Shown: piece after piece, positions 1 to 13,977 of the stretch | How the letters are laid out: every line of letters starts with the position of its first letter | Position numbering within the stretch: position 1 is the first letter of the stretch | Source of the DNA: Bispira polyomma | Taxonomy: Eukaryota | Direction of reading: 5' to 3' | NCBI GenBank assembly: GCA_965649765.1 | Contig: OZ287756.1 | Span: 33,108,001 to 33,172,000, forward strand | Length of the DNA stretch: 64,000 nucleotides | Notes under the pieces: model-generated | Told to the model about the DNA's origin: nothing | Seen by the model: the letters and a program-made list of their open reading frames with translations, nothing else | Database searches by the model: none | Program-made: the position numbers and the translations under genes

Positions 1-1
1 G

Positions 2-448
2 TTAACCAAAAAATCATTTGAGGCAATGGGGTTACCTGCTGATAATTATGAAGTGAAACTTTTATCAGGCATCCATTTTGGGGCCATTATATGGGGTGTT
101 GCCATGAAACAATACATTGATTTCAGAGAGAGTGGAATGAATATTGCTGGAGTCCGCTATGAAGATCTTGTGGCAGATACAACATATGCTTACCAGAAAG
201 TGTTTGAATATTGTGGTTTACCATATAATGCCAAGGCAGTGGAAGTAGCCATGGGAAGGGATTCCCAAAGGGGAACAACAATCAGCCTTAAAAGTTTGGG
301 AAAGTACAAAGATGAGGAGTTTACAAATGAAATTAAGAAGCAGACTGACGCAGTGTGTGATCAGTTTGGTCTGCCACACTTTCCAGAACCATTTGTTGCC
401 CTTGGAACAATAACCTACAGAGAAAAGCAAATTCAGAAAGAAAAGTAG
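2..448 (+). CDS. Sulfotransferase-like protein, 3' part (5' end outside window); divergent paralog of the - strand cluster
   Basis: Frame is open from position 2. YIDFRESGMNIAGVRYEDLV and AMGRDSQRGT align to the C-terminus of the 434-aa ORFs (YIDFRTSGMNIVGIRYEDLI, AMCRDSQRGS). RYEDL is a typical sulfotransferase C-terminal motif. Confidence 0.8.
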   Translation, partial: LTKKSFEAMGLPADNYEVKLLSGIHFGAIIWGVAMKQYIDFRESGMNIAGVRYEDLVADTTYAYQKVFEYCGLPYNAKAVEVAMGRDSQRGTTISLKSLGKYKDEEFTNEIKKQTDAVCDQFGLPHFPEPFVALGTITYREKQIQKEK

Positions 449-2949
449 TACTTGTGGAGTAATTCAGAAGTTGTGACTAAATTTTTATCATAACTATTTG
501 CTATACTAATTCTATTGTTTTTGTGATGTGTATGGCATGGTTTTGCCGAAATGTTTGTACTGAAAGAGGTGGTCATGTGTCCCCACTTAAATGTAATATT
601 AGTTATTTGACATTCTACATGAGTTCTTGAGTGACACAACATAACAGATGTAATATTGTGTAAATGAAGTACTCCATTAAATTATCTCAATGACATATTT
701 GCCTGAGAAATACCAATAATGTAGTACTTAATTTGTGACAAGTATGGGTGTATATGCATTATAAAGTATTGGCAGACTACTAATTCTTGAACACTATGTT
801 ATTCTGTTGTTGGTTCATATATTCTATTTGTACTTCCTTGTATAAACACACCATTAATACTTTCTATTATCCATACGATTTATTTCAAATTTCTTGTTAT
901 TAAATATTGCCAGACAAGTTGATTTTAGTTGATCAAGGTGTCTCAGTTCTGAAATTGTACTTGAATATGTCATCATTTGTACAGTTTTGGAAGACAGAAC
1001 ATTTTGATCTAACAATTAATTCAATTATGTTATATAAACTTTTACATGTGTCTTTAATGTGATAGTTCCTAAAAAGCCTTTACATCAGTTCAACTTTTAA
1101 AAATATTTATTACAATAATTGTGTATAAGCTTATTGTTTACCTTGTAACAACAAGTATGTCTCCTTAACATTACAACCACATTTTGGCATGTTTAATGAC
1201 ATCGTTTGAATGATTCCAAAACAATTTTATTTGAAAATATTTGATCAATTCAGGTGAAAATACTATTGACAAGTTCTATAGATTCTGACTGTTAAAAATT
1301 GTATATATCTCAATGTTAAAGTCAATGCATCAGAATAATGTATCACTTTTATTTTCATTGACAAACAGTAAAATAAAATATATAAAAATAAATTAAAAGT
1401 TGAAATACAGGCATCTGGAGTTCTATATAGAGCTGATAAATCCCTTTTCTCGTTCTGTCAATCATTATGTTATACCTTCAATAACAAAGGTTTTATTTTT
1501 GTTTTTATTTTGTATCTGTAAACTACTGTAAGTTTTTCCTCCCAGTGATTGTCAGTTTCTTTCTGTAAAAATTATCTGGGAAAGTTGGAGGGGTATATTA
1601 GGCTAGAATACAAATTACAGTACCTTCTAGTAACACCCGCCATTCCGCCAATATGTGAACAGACCATAATTTAAACACTGTAAAGCATTGTACCTTACAA
1701 ACTTTCCCACATAAAGCAACAAACCGGATTTGAACACACATCAGTGAAAGGCCAGTTCCTCCGAATTTATATCTCCATTCCCCAAAATGATGTACATCAT
1801 ATGAACTATTTTGATAATTTTGAACAATTATCGCTGTCATGTATTTGGGGGTTGCATTATTCAAAGAGAAGACAATGCCACACTTAGAAATAATAGTAAG
1901 AACATTATTCTTCTTGGAAAAACTTGTGTTAAAAGAAGGAAACTGCATTTTGACCTAATTAATACAAAATGAACATTAGTTTGAATAATGTTTGAAAGGA
2001 ATCAATATCCTGTCACCTTTAAAATGTACTGATTTATTACACTTTATATTTCTGCTTTTGAAGACTACATGCAAAGAATCTGTTGTGTAATATATCAAAA
2101 AGTAATGTTCAATTCAGTAATTCGATATAAAGTATCCATTTACCAGATATTTCAATTTAACACTAGTTCCATTTGCATAAAATACGGAAATTTAATATGA
2201 AATGTAACAATTTGTAAAAACAAAAAACGAAATTGCGAAATTGAGGTTAGACGATGCCATTGCTCATCATCTGTCTTAACCAGTGAGTATTTATTGACAT
2301 ATAGTGTACACAAGTGGTCATTCTGTGGAAAATTCTATTTAAATTTATTAGCACAGTTATCCACAATTTAGCTTGTATTCAACAATGCCAGTTAACTTGT
2401 TCTAGATTTACTGTCCAAGTACAGCCAACCAGCACAAGTAACTGCCATTCCTCTACCGGAAGAGCAAGGCTTCAGTTGATCATTTACCAACGTCCCTGTA
2501 AAGATTCTTTAGCCTACCACTATGGATTGAATGACAGAGGACTATCATTTCAAGTGGTCGTCTAAATCACTCCTTTCTGCATGCATCCTTGGCCTCCTTA
2601 CATTTTTCCGGTGTCTCCATGGTCACGCACCCTGTACGCCCAATATATGCTGTATGAAATTGTCAAAATGATGTTCTGTTTCATGCTACCACTGAGCTAA
2701 GCTCTATAAAAGTTAGATTAGATAGATAGATGTATCCGGGGCTGCAGACAGGGTGATACACACTAGACCACAGTCGTCTTAATCCGAAGCTCAGAATAAG
2801 GTAGGACTATGATGATGCAAAATATTAAGAGCATGCGATGTATAGTTAACAAGAGGGAGACTGGGTCATAATTCCAAGGTCAAAGTTGAAATTGAAGTCT
2901 GACCCTGATGTTGCACATCAGTAACTGCTCATTTGTACCAAATAGAAAC

Positions 2950-4495
2950 ATTGTACTATTTTTCTCTTTGGGATGGTGTTTTTCCCACCTGTTTCAAGAC
3001 GGCAAATGTAATTCCCTTGATTAAAAAACAAGGGCTTGATAAAAACCAGCTCAAAAACTACAGACCAGTGTCAAAACCTGAGCTTCGTCTCAAAAGTCAT
3101 CGAGAAAGCTGTAGCTAAACAAATTTCTGACCACCTTAATAGACAAAACATTGAAAATCGCCACCAGTCTGCTTATAGAAAATTTCACTTTACAGAAAGT
3201 GCCCTTTTTTTCCATTAGCAACGATATCAATCTTGCACTGGACAGCAACGACACAGTGGCCCTCACCCTTCTGGATCTCTCAGCTGCATTCAACACTATT
3301 GATCATGTCCTGCTCTGCGACACTCTCAAGCAGTGGTTCGGTATAAATGGCGGTGTCCTTAAATGGATCAGATCCTACCTTACTCTTAGGGCACAAAGAA
3401 TTAAACTAGATGATCATCTATCATCTTCCATAAAACTTCCATATGGAGTACCCCAGGGATCCGTCCTTGGTCCTCTACTTTTCACCCTTTATACACATCC
3501 TTTCAGCACTGTCATCAATAAACACAATATGAAACACCACATGTATGCAGACGACACTCAAGTCTATCTCTCCCTCATTCCACAAAACACAGATACTAAC
3601 ATAGACCTACTTGCAGACTGTCTGTCTGATGTCCAGGCGTGGATGAACTACTCCAAACTAAAGCTTAACCCTGACAAAACAGAATTCATCCTCATAGGAA
3701 ACAAGAAAAACAGTGAACTCCTAAAATCTTTGTTTCCCATCTCCCTGTTGGGAAAAGACATACTATCTTCCGAAAATGCTAAAAACCTGAGTGTCACTTT
3801 TGATTCAGCTTTTTCGTTCGATACTCATGTTGCCAACATCTGTCGCTCCTGCTATTACCACATATGCGACATCAAAAGAATCAGAAACCACTTGGCCATG
3901 GACACAGCAATAACTGTGGCAAATGCCCTTGTAAGTAGCCGCCTCGACTACTGCAATTCTCTCTTGTACGAAGCAAATAAGTCAAACATTAAAAAGCTCC
4001 AGTCCATCCAAAACTATCTATGTAGGGTCATTTTTCGCCTGGGTTGTCGCACAGACGTCACTCCTTACCTCAAAAAATTACACTGGTTGCCCATTAAATC
4101 TCGAATGTAATCACTCAACAGCCACCCTACTTTGCCTCCCTTCTTTCCTTCAGTAACCGCAAGAGAGGCAGCAGATTCTCTGTCACTTTGGTCAGACCAA
4201 TCAGAAAGTCGGGTTTCAGAGCGTTCTCCACTGCAGCTCCACGGTTATGGAACAGTCTCCCAGTTGAGCTCAGATCAGTTGACACACTTATCGGTTTTAG
4301 GAAAAAGCTTAAAACCTATCTTTTTAATCTTGCCTACCCACCTTAGCTTTCCTCGTGCACGCTCCCACTTCCTTCCTTACAACTTTGCACTTTCCATGGA
4401 CTTAATGATTGGACTAATGATTCTGCTGTTGCGCTTTAGAAGATGCCTATCATCAATAAAGCGCGTTAAAAATTTATTATTATTATTATTATTAT
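2950..4495 (+). mobile_element. 5'-truncated, frameshifted L2-clade (CR1/L2 group) LINE: RT domain, 3' UTR stem-loop and (TTA)n tail
   Basis: NYRPVS, LLDLSAAFNTIDH, GVPQGSVLGPLLF, YADDTQVY, LKLNPDKTE, SRLDYCNSLL and LHWLP motifs. Ends GCGCTTTA...TAAAGCGC-GTTAAAAAT-(TTA)n. Confidence 0.92.
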
Positions 4496-5279
4496 GACGG
4501 GTCCCAACTCACCTCAGACCTCTGCAGTTCAAATCTTTGGTATCTTGGGTGTATCTACAAAAATCATACTGGTAGATTTGTTAAAGGCCGGTAGTTTGCC
4601 GTTCAGAAAATTCTTGGTTCACACTCCTGCTATGAATTTTTCCCATCATTTAACTGCCTAAAGATGTAGTCCAGATTTTAGTTCAGAGGATATTATATGT
4701 TACAGCGTTTTGCGCTATACTGGAGTCCGTTGAAGTGCTGGCCCTACAAATCATATGTAAAATTAAACAACAATCATAACCTATAAAATGTAAATGAAAA
4801 CAGGCCTAAACTGTTTTTTGTTTTTTTTTTTAGATATCTTGGAAAATATAGAACTAGGCGTTTTCCTTTAAAATCTAAGATGGCCGAACATTACAGAAAG
4901 ATCCTCAAACAAATAGCTTCTGATTATTTATTTTGGTGAATTAGTTTTGGAAATGCATTTGAAATTTTTCAGTAATCATTCCTCTTCAATATCTGTGAAT
5001 ATTCACCAAAGTGATAATTGTTTACTACTGTTATGAATTTTAGTCACAACCCTATCCATTTTATTGTTTCTATCTTAAATAGAAACACTCGAGACAGCAC
5101 CAGAAGACTGCTATACCGCCTGCCCAATCAACAACCATTATTGGCTGTGGGGAGAATACACACTAGTTTTGTATTTCATATTTGATCCTGGTGGAAGGCA
5201 AGACTGAGAGAGTCAAGAAGGACACTTATAACATATACTATTCCTTTATTATTTATGCTATTATTAATATGTTCAAAAA

Positions 5280-6000
5280 CCTTATGTTAGACCATTAGAC
5301 TTATGGATGATGCACACGATTTTTCGTGGGAAGCTGCTAAAGCTTCCCATGCCATCCTTTTAACCAACATGGAATTGGACAGCCTTAAGTGGACTGATGT
5401 GGACAAGGTCAATCAAATCCGTCGGGCACATGCCCAATGCCACATATCGGGCAGTTCCAGTAGTGGTACTGGTTCTAAATCCGTTGGTAGTAACACAAAG
5501 TTGCCAAGCAAGAGTCAGGGCGTGCTATGTAGATTTTTTCAGGAGGGGACCTGTAAGTTCAATGCTACCCGTAGAACTTCGGGTCAACTGTTTAACCATT
5601 GTTGTGAAACTTGTGATGGCAGCCATAAAACAAAATTATGTTGTGTATCACTCAAAGTTTAAAGATTTTGGATTGTTATCAGACAGGTTTTTAAACAACT
5701 ATTCTTGTTTCAAAACAAATGTGTGTAAGTCTTACAAAGATGCACTTGTAAGGGGACATGCAAATATTAAATACCCAAGGGGAGTTTCTGTTATGGGCGA
5801 AATTGGGTGAGGTGTCTCTCAAAAAGAATTTGGAAAAAATAAAGTCTATAATGTAAACAAAACGGGTGAGGTGCCGAGAAAGCATGTAAATAAAAGTGTG
5901 CATAAGACTGTGTGTGAAACAAATCGAGCCAGGTGGCCAGAGGGCCATAGCCTTGTTGTAAAGCCTCAAGACAAAAGGGGTGTCAAAACTAATTAACTAA
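5280..6000 (+). mobile_element. Decayed YR-retrotransposon fragment (gag C-terminal half)
   Basis: DDAHDFSWEAAKASHAILL...IRRAHAQ...CRFFQEGTCKF matches gag of the 20.7-21.4 kb element (EDVQDFSWQAAKNSHAILL...VRRAHAQ...CFRFQKGTCKF). Confidence 0.8.
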
Positions 6001-6674
6001 CAGTGTCCAAGGGGCTTAAATACCCTACAAAAGACTTAGGCGAGAAAAGGATTGTGACGAATCAGTATTCTTTTATACATGTACAACAATATATATATGG
6101 TCACAAGTTTTGGTGGTGAAGTGTTTTTGTGACTATCATGCCTGTCAACGAATTTCAACAATTATTACACGCACTATATTTTTTTAGTACCGCTCTATGC
6201 TCTGTACATATATCACAACATATTAATTTAGTGTGCATGTGTTTTATGTATTTTTCTATTTGATGGTTTTTATTATTGTATCTGGTGTGGTTTGCTTATT
6301 GGATTTCTTAAAAAAATATACCATATATATACATGAGTGCATACAAGTATATAAGGAATAGAGAGAGAGAATGTCTTCATGACAGTGCCACCTGCACTTT
6401 AATATTCTTTTTACAGTTTAACAGAGCATAAACATGGCAGCCAGCCCAGAATACAGGGGCTTATGGGGCACGTTTTTACTTGTAGAAATAAAGATCAGGA
6501 AGTAAATATGGATGCCCTTATTTAACTGTAAATATCTCAACGGATTTTGGTGGGAAAAAAGCTCTGTCATCACAATAAAATAACCTTTCTCCTGCTGATG
6601 AGTATATATCGATGAAAGAAAGCACAACGTCGGCTACCATAAAATCGGATCAGATACATTCAAATTGGCCGACA

Positions 6675-7200
6675 ATGGTGTCTGCTTAAAAGAAGCCTAG
6701 TCTTAGTCTTAAATTAGTCGTAAACTTTTGTCCTAACATTTGACTAAACAAATTAAGATTTTTGTTTTAGTCTTAGCGATATTAAACATATCTTAACTTA
6801 GTCTCCACTTTAGTCCTAACCTTAAGACCAACACAAAACAGTCTTAAATATTAAGACTTGTCTTAAATATAACTGCCAGATACATTTTGGATTTGACAGA
6901 AAAAATGAAAGCCTATTTAGGAGCAAACAAGTTATTCAAGACAAAAGTAATTCACCTGACAGCCTTTTGGACAAAGAACTTCGTGTCAAGTGTTGATTTA
7001 ATTAATATAATTAACATACACCTTATTATGAGACCTTGTATCGCGTAAGTAGAGTGAGAAAACCACAGTGTTTATTCCCAATCTCATGATGATTAAGACT
7101 AAGTCTAGCTTTGAAATCTCAATTTAAGACACATCTTAGCTAAGACAAAAATACTAAAGTTAAGACTAAGTTAAGACTAATACCTTGTGTGTATACCCCT
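6675..7200. mobile_element. Degenerate MITE-like element built from TTAGTCTTAA/TTAAGACTAA motifs
   Basis: Left end ctagtcttagtcttaaattagtc mirrors right end aagttaagactaagttaagactaa; many internal copies of the motif; no coding capacity. Confidence 0.5.
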
Positions 7201-8989
7201 GGATTTGAATGCTGCCTGCCATGTAATTTGCTACCTGCTAGTAAACTTTTTATTGTACAGCAGGAACTCGAAAGTGGCAATAACATTGATACATTAGAAG
7301 TCACAATAGAAGTCACATACAAGAAACATAGAAAACCTATAAACATTGCTATATAAACTCTTCTCTTTGTGGCAGGCTTAAATGCTGTGGAGAACCTGAA
7401 AATCTGAGCAAATGGCTGCTACCTACCATAAAAATATGAAGCAAGATATTTAAATTGACCAATCTAGCTGGAATACATTCCCATTTGGGGTGCACCATAT
7501 TGGCTCTAGTATTTTTGTTCCTGACCACCTGGACATGGTATCTGCAACTGTATTATGCACATCACACATTTCTATCACTTTTAAGCCAATGTGTGGATAA
7601 AGACTTTTCTTGCACAGACTACTTTACAATCCTGCCAGTGCTTTTGCCCCATACTTTGAAGGTGACCCCAATATTAATCTTTTCCAATCTTACAATGCCT
7701 TTACAAGTCTTACAAGTTCTATAGCATTAGAAATTTCCAAATCTTGCCCCAACCCTCCTTAAGCAGGAATCTAATTGCTTTATCATATATAAGGAATGAG
7801 GGGATGCATTGACGTGCTACTGTTAGTATATCAAATCATCAGCGAAGACATAATATGTCTAGCAAAACTTATAGGTTCCTATATGACATCCTACAGGACT
7901 TAGGTTTAAGTTATAAAAAGCTGGTGGCTATGGTAAAGACAAACATATACAACAAAACGTAAATTGCAATAATTATTATGTTTCTTGCTCTGCCAAATAC
8001 GGCAAACTAGCACGTACTTTTCTTAATCACATGCTCACCTCTTTAAAAACAGCAGGAACCTTAAAAAGTTGTTGATTTTTCTCTTAACTGGTTCAAGTAC
8101 TTCCTTGATTCATACAATGAGGTCAGAATATTCAATTATAAACCAAACAGTGTAATTATTTGAACCAATTTTCTGTTACTTCATGCCGACATGGTACATA
8201 TGAATTAATATTAAAAAACCTAAAAAAAATCATTGGCACAACAATGTTGGCCATTTTACGTCACACTAAATTTACAACATTTTCCTTATGGAAGCCATTC
8301 TGCCCTTTTTTGTTAGTCCGTCGTAAAAATAACAGCAAGGAATCTCGCTAAATAGGGACAGATACATTTGCTTACTTTGCTGGAAATGCTAGAACCAAAA
8401 CAGGTCATCAATATAATTTATTATGTTATGGTTATTACTCTCCATAATTTACCTAATACAATCACTGATACTTTGAAATATTTGGCTTCGAGATCTGGCC
8501 ATTGTAGCGTAAATGAAAGAGTGCTAGCTCTGGGACTAAGTTTACTGCCAATATTGTACTTACAGACTGAGGCTAGACATTCATAAATAGTTAGGCAGAT
8601 TTAAAATGCAAGAGTAATGTTGAGTCTGTGGTGTGTGAACCAGGTATGGCTATTATGTATACTCCAATAAAATGTACTATTGTTCTACAATTTGTTTATG
8701 TAATAATTTACTGACCAGTTTTCGTATAGACAAAATTTTTTTTATAATTATATGAGGCTCAACCTTTTAGATTGTTTGAAGGAAAAGTCTAAGAATAAAA
8801 TTCTTTGTGTGAATTAAATTTGTAGAAATATAAGGTCACAATTAAAGCCCCAGCATTATTTTTAACTCAATATTTGTGTAATTTTAAGAAATTTAACATA
8901 AATATAAACAACAATTCCTATTACTTTGACGTTGTCTCACGGGCTTTGGGGGCATCTGGAACCGAGATGTGTATGATACTCCCTTTTAC

Positions 8990-10850
8990 AACCTATTTTA
9001 ACGGAAATTTAACAATTGTGCATCTTGAAATGCTTAACATAATCATACCGGTAAGGGTGTGAGCAGAGAAGTTGAGACATAGTAGTTTAACGATCAACTG
9101 TGACAACATGACGTTATGTTTAAGGAACATCTAGCTGTTAACAGCTACTTATGACATTACTTTAAAATGAGACATATACCTGGTAAGAAAAATGTCATTG
9201 CGGATGCTTTGTGTGGACTGTATTCAGATAAAGCCTCAGACCAAGATCTCATAAATAAGATAGATAATAACTTTAAATGAATACTTCAATTTGGATCTGT
9301 CTATATAATTCTATGTGCTACCAACATAAGCTGAACACTGATGTCTTCAGCTTGGGCTAAAATCGACTTGTCATTGAGACCAAAGATAACAACAGCCTAC
9401 AACTCACATTTCAAAACTTTTATAGCTTTCCTAAGCTTACAGGCATTGCCACTGTAATGTACATGCAGTTGTTGCTTTCCTGAAATACCTGGTGCAGAAC
9501 CAGCTATCCCCAGGGGCTGTCAGCAATTACTTTAAGATTTGTAACTTCCAAATTGAGCTGGGACATGCACCCCTTTACAAATAATTCATTATCATTATTC
9601 ATGAGAAGTGTTACACACAACTCTTCATTTAGACCAAAACCCAAAGGTATTTTCACCTTAAAACAACTGATTCTTATATTTAAGGCTTGTGATATCATTC
9701 ATGACCCTGTAGTATTTCAAACAAGCTTCCTACTTTCCTTCTTTGATTTCTTGAGGTTATCGAATATAGCACCTCACTTTAAATCACCATTTGATGCCAC
9801 CGGGCACTTTGTTAGGCAAGACATGATTTTTGGCCACCCTGGAGCTCACATTTTTCTCAAATGGGCCAAGTATCTCCAAAACAGAACTGATACTCATGTC
9901 ATACAAATTCCAGTGTTAGATAATCCACACATATGTTCAGTATTAGCTCTCAAGAAACTCTTACTTTCTAGACAACTCTCTGACACGAAACCACTGTTTG
10001 CAGCCAAATATCCGCCATATCAAACAATCATTGATTCACATGTAAGGTCAGTTTTACAAAAAAAACTGCAGCACATTGGCAGTCAATATAGTTCACATAG
10101 GTTTCATGCTTTTAGAAGATCAGGGGCCTTATTTGTATTCAACAATAATGTGTCGCTCTAAAATATTATGGCCCATGGATTTTGGAGGTCATCTGCAGTC
10201 TGGATGTACCTACAAAATACATCACAGGCAGCCTAAGTGGTCCCTCTAACCTTTGCCTCTGCCATCTCACACTCCTCTTAAGTTTGGCTTGGGCCTTCAA
10301 AAATTGTAATGTTTAATTTAATGTTTAAGCATTTCATTTTACCTCTATCATAATGTATATAAACTTGTAAAAAATAAAACCTCAAAGGTAAATCTATTAT
10401 ACCTATTGTCTTGTCAGTGATTATCTTCAGATAGATATTGGCACATTAAATACTGTAATTAATATTATAATTATTAATATTATTATTATTATTACACCAA
10501 AAACCTATTTTACTGAACACGTACAACTTAACCTTGCTTACACACCTCTGACCTTTTACTTCAATCATCTCAAACGGGGACTGTGACAAGCATGTCCACT
10601 TTAGGGGACATCTATATCAGTTCACATACCTCATTCAAAATGTATCGCATTACCTCAAATAATTATAAGGCATAGCTATCCTCAGGCCATTTCTCCTAGC
10701 TACAGCAGGGCCAATGAGATTGCTTAATTCATTAGCTATTTCCTGGCTATTTTTGGCTACACCTCCTAATGAATTTAGAAATTGAACAATTTTTTTTTTA
10801 GCTTCCCACCACTTACAACTATTACCACAGCTATGATAAGGTAAGTATTT
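8990..10850 (+). mobile_element. Decayed Ngaro/DIRS-type element, 3' half: RNase H remnant, YR (about 9340-10280), 3' repeat B (10285-10582) and a following 5'-type repeat A (10590-10850)
   Basis: IVHLEMLNI (RNase H); YR motifs FLRLSNI and HAFRRSGA, then HGFWRSSAVWMY after a stop. 10285-10582 recurs at 13978-14187; 10590 onward resembles 58615 onward. Confidence 0.85.
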
Positions 10851-10879
10851 GAGTTGCTAATAGCATCTTTAGATCATAC

Positions 10880-12520
10880 ATAAATGTTGTGTGAGTTCAA
10901 ACTAAGTAAGGGTCTATAAAGAAGTGTACAGGGACGCTCAGAATTTGGCAAAAACACTGAAAAATATCAGTGACTCTGATAGTGACATGTGTATGAAGTT
11001 AGTAAAAACACATTCATTTGGGAATATTAATTTTAATACTTTCTAAGGGTTAGATCTACTATGCTATTTACATTACTAAAATTAAAATATTTAAGGTCAC
11101 CTTAAGTTGAGGCATGAGTTTAAGATTGCCTTAGCCTAAAGTTAAGGTTAAACTTTAAGGTAACCTTAACTGTGAGTTTGGAATATGAGTTTAAGTTACT
11201 GTAATAAAAGAGACATTAACAAGTTTACATATGTATAAATTAAAGGTGACCTTAAGATTTTTTAATTAAATTTGGTATACACATGACATTAAGTCCACGC
11301 AACATGGTAAGCATGTAAAAGTTATATGAATATAGCAAGAAAAAGCACTAAAATGTATTATTTATGTAAAACGGTTCCACTTATAGCTATAAGACTAAAA
11401 CCTTAGCTTAAGAGACACTCAATTCTAGAGTTCATTATAAGAGTCCATGTGTCCCAGAGACCTATCTAGCTGAGCCTTAGGTGGCAGTATTATACCGACC
11501 CTTAGTTACATTTACAGTGGAGAGCCGGCATAGTAGATCCAGTACAATTGGCATGATTTGAAATCGAGATGTGTGCATGTTCACAGTTGACAGCTCTTTG
11601 CCTTTGACTGAGTCAGCAGCACTGTGTAGCATCTGATTTTCCCATTTGTAGCGGATCTGAAACTAGACACTTTGTTAGCTTTCTGGTTAAATTTTTTTTT
11701 TATGCACATTATAAGCACAATTTTTGACAACATTTAACATAACATACAGTCAAGGAGTATATCAATACAATTTTAAGGATATTTAAATAATATACAGTCA
11801 GAAATGCACATACCCTTGCCTATTGTGAGCTAATAACTTATTTTGTATGAATGTGTGCATTTTTTACTCCTCCCATGACCCCAAAAGCTAAGAGTTCTGC
11901 ATAACAGGCTGCCTGGTGTAGCAGTAGTATTTGTGGAGACTACGAGGAAGAACCCACCATGGCGCACAAGGAGATGCCAAAGTGCAAGACAGGTACTTTC
12001 AAAGCCCCACCCCAGCACCCCCTGGCCTACCCCTGCGTCACAGGCGTTAAGTGAGCCATCACAGGCCCTTCCTCTTGCACATTGCTCCCGGCACGGCGGT
12101 AGTGAAAACATATGGGAGGAGTAGTATGAAATGATAATGGGGAAGGAGGTGGGATTTTTAAAATATTTTATGTTATTTATAAAATGGCGTCCTGCCTCCT
12201 TGGTTTGACGTTCAAAAGTGAAGGAAAAAGGATAATTGGGCCACAGTTAATTAGTACTCCCAAATGTTGGCCAATTAAAATAGATGGAGTTTAGTTGGCA
12301 AAAGTACTAGGAAGCACTGAACTAGCTGGTGTGGTGACCCGCTCCACCCCGCACAATTAATGTCTGTAATGCTCCCTGGGCTGTGTGGAATGGGGGTCCT
12401 GCCTTCTTATACTTTCCTCTGAGTTCACGTCCAGGGTTCCAGAGTGGAATAGAAGCTGTAAGAGGCAGGAATCTCATCTGCTAGGCTATTCGGTGGTCAT
12501 AAGCCAGGGGTTGCCTGATG
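10880..12520 (-). mobile_element. Probable internally deleted YR-element remnant (3' UTR with palindrome array plus GC-richer 5' part)
   Basis: TTAAGGTCACCTTAAG (11091) and AAGGTGACCTTAAG (~11243) match the 3' UTR of the 41-46 kb element; ~10990-11035 resembles 41075-41115. No convincing ORF. Confidence 0.45.
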
Positions 12521-12782
12521 CAGTCCAATTTGATCAGTTTAAGTTAAATTTTTAAATTGAGGGATGATATGTGTCAATACCAAGTTAAAACTTCGGACTG
12601 TCCATGCCTTTAGTAAGATTTAGTTCATAAATGTGACATCTTTGTCATTTCTGCTCAGTAACACTGGCAGTTTGAAAACGTGAATCACAAATGCTTTATG
12701 GCCTGTTTATAGGCGAGAAATCACTCTAAGCCAGAGGGTGCAGGTGACCTAAAAAACACTGTTTATTGATTGTTTATGGTTA

Positions 12783-13691
12783 CACGGGTGGTACAAATTC
12801 TGGACAGAATTTGATGTTTTAACTTAAATTTAAGTATGTCGCATAAGATATAATAAAAAGTCCAATGTACTGAAATAGGTATACATGAAACACTTGTCAT
12901 ACATCAATATCAATGAAAAGTCTTTTGACAGATTCTTTAAAATAAAGTTTTAAATTTATTTATATGTCAAGTCAAGTGGTATGAATTCTAGACAGTTTTG
13001 CAGCGAGGAGAAAGTGCAAGGCTGAGTCCCAACTGGGGATTCAATTATGCAGAAATAGCATTTCTGTATGCTTCATCATCTCTTTTCCTGCTATTATATT
13101 TATTTTTTCCATGACTTTATTATTGAATCTGAAATAAACAATATTTTATCAGGTCACTGCTTTGCCACCACAAGACATAAGTAGATGTACTTGAAACACC
13201 TATATACAAATGCAATACATAGGACCAACTTGTATCTCTATGTACAAGGAGATGCCAAAGTGCAAGACAGGTACTTTCAAAGCCCCACCCCAGCACCCCC
13301 TCGCCTACCCCTGCGTCACAGGCGTTAAGTGAGCCATCACAGGCCCTTCCTCCTGCACATTGCTCCCGGCACGGCGGTAGTGAAAACATATGGGAAATAA
13401 ACAATATTTTATCAGGTCACTGCTTTGCCACCACAAGACATAAGTAGATGTACTTGAAACACCTATATACAAATGCAATACATAGGACCAACTTGTATCT
13501 CTATGTATACATTTAAATTATGATTTATTATATATGTTGTCACTTTTTTTAGAAAGAAGACATTCAGTAGTGTAAATAAATTACAAAATATTGTTCGTTT
13601 GACATGGTAGTTTCTGTTTATTTCCTGGTATTTCCATATAATTTTATTTATTGTCCAGAATTCGCACCAGCCAGAATTCTTACCACCCGTG
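12783..13691. mobile_element. Non-autonomous DNA transposon (MITE) with ~21-bp TIRs and TA target duplication
   Basis: Left TA|CACGGGTGGTACAAATTCTGG; right CCAGAATTCTTACCACCCGTG|TA. Confidence 0.8.
13131..13507 (+). repeat. 114-bp direct duplication (13131-13244, 13394-13507) bracketing a 152-bp copy of 11966-12117
   Basis: Direct sequence comparison; the insert differs from its source at two positions that I could see. Confidence 0.92.
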
Positions 13692-13977
13692 TAATAAGGA
13701 CGTAATGGGTCCAAGTGTATTAATAAGTGTAGCTCACTGCTAGAATATTAGTCATGTTGATACTTCAAGATTTTAATGTTTAACTTTTTATTTTGTTAGA
13801 ATTATGGATCAAGATTATCGACTGTTGTCAATGTTATATATTATACATATAAAACAGTTTGAAGTTGCAAGTTTATCTACGTGTTTAGATGATTTTTTAT
13901 AGATATGTTCTTTGAATATTTTCAATGTGTTTTAATTATGGCTAGAGCTGTTTTATGTATTGACAGTTATGCCTAAC

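Noticed and set aside
450-2900. Short ORFs here and in 6000-8900 and 26000-28000
   Set aside because: No motifs and no paralog conservation; expected by chance in AT-rich intergenic DNA.
4132-4497. 121-aa ORF ending in poly-Leu
   Set aside because: Out-of-frame L2 C-terminus, 3' UTR and the (TTA)n tail.
11830-13404. Duplicated small gene (MFSLPPCREQ...)
   Set aside because: The similarity comes only from the 152-bp templated copy; the ORFs diverge outside it and have no motifs.
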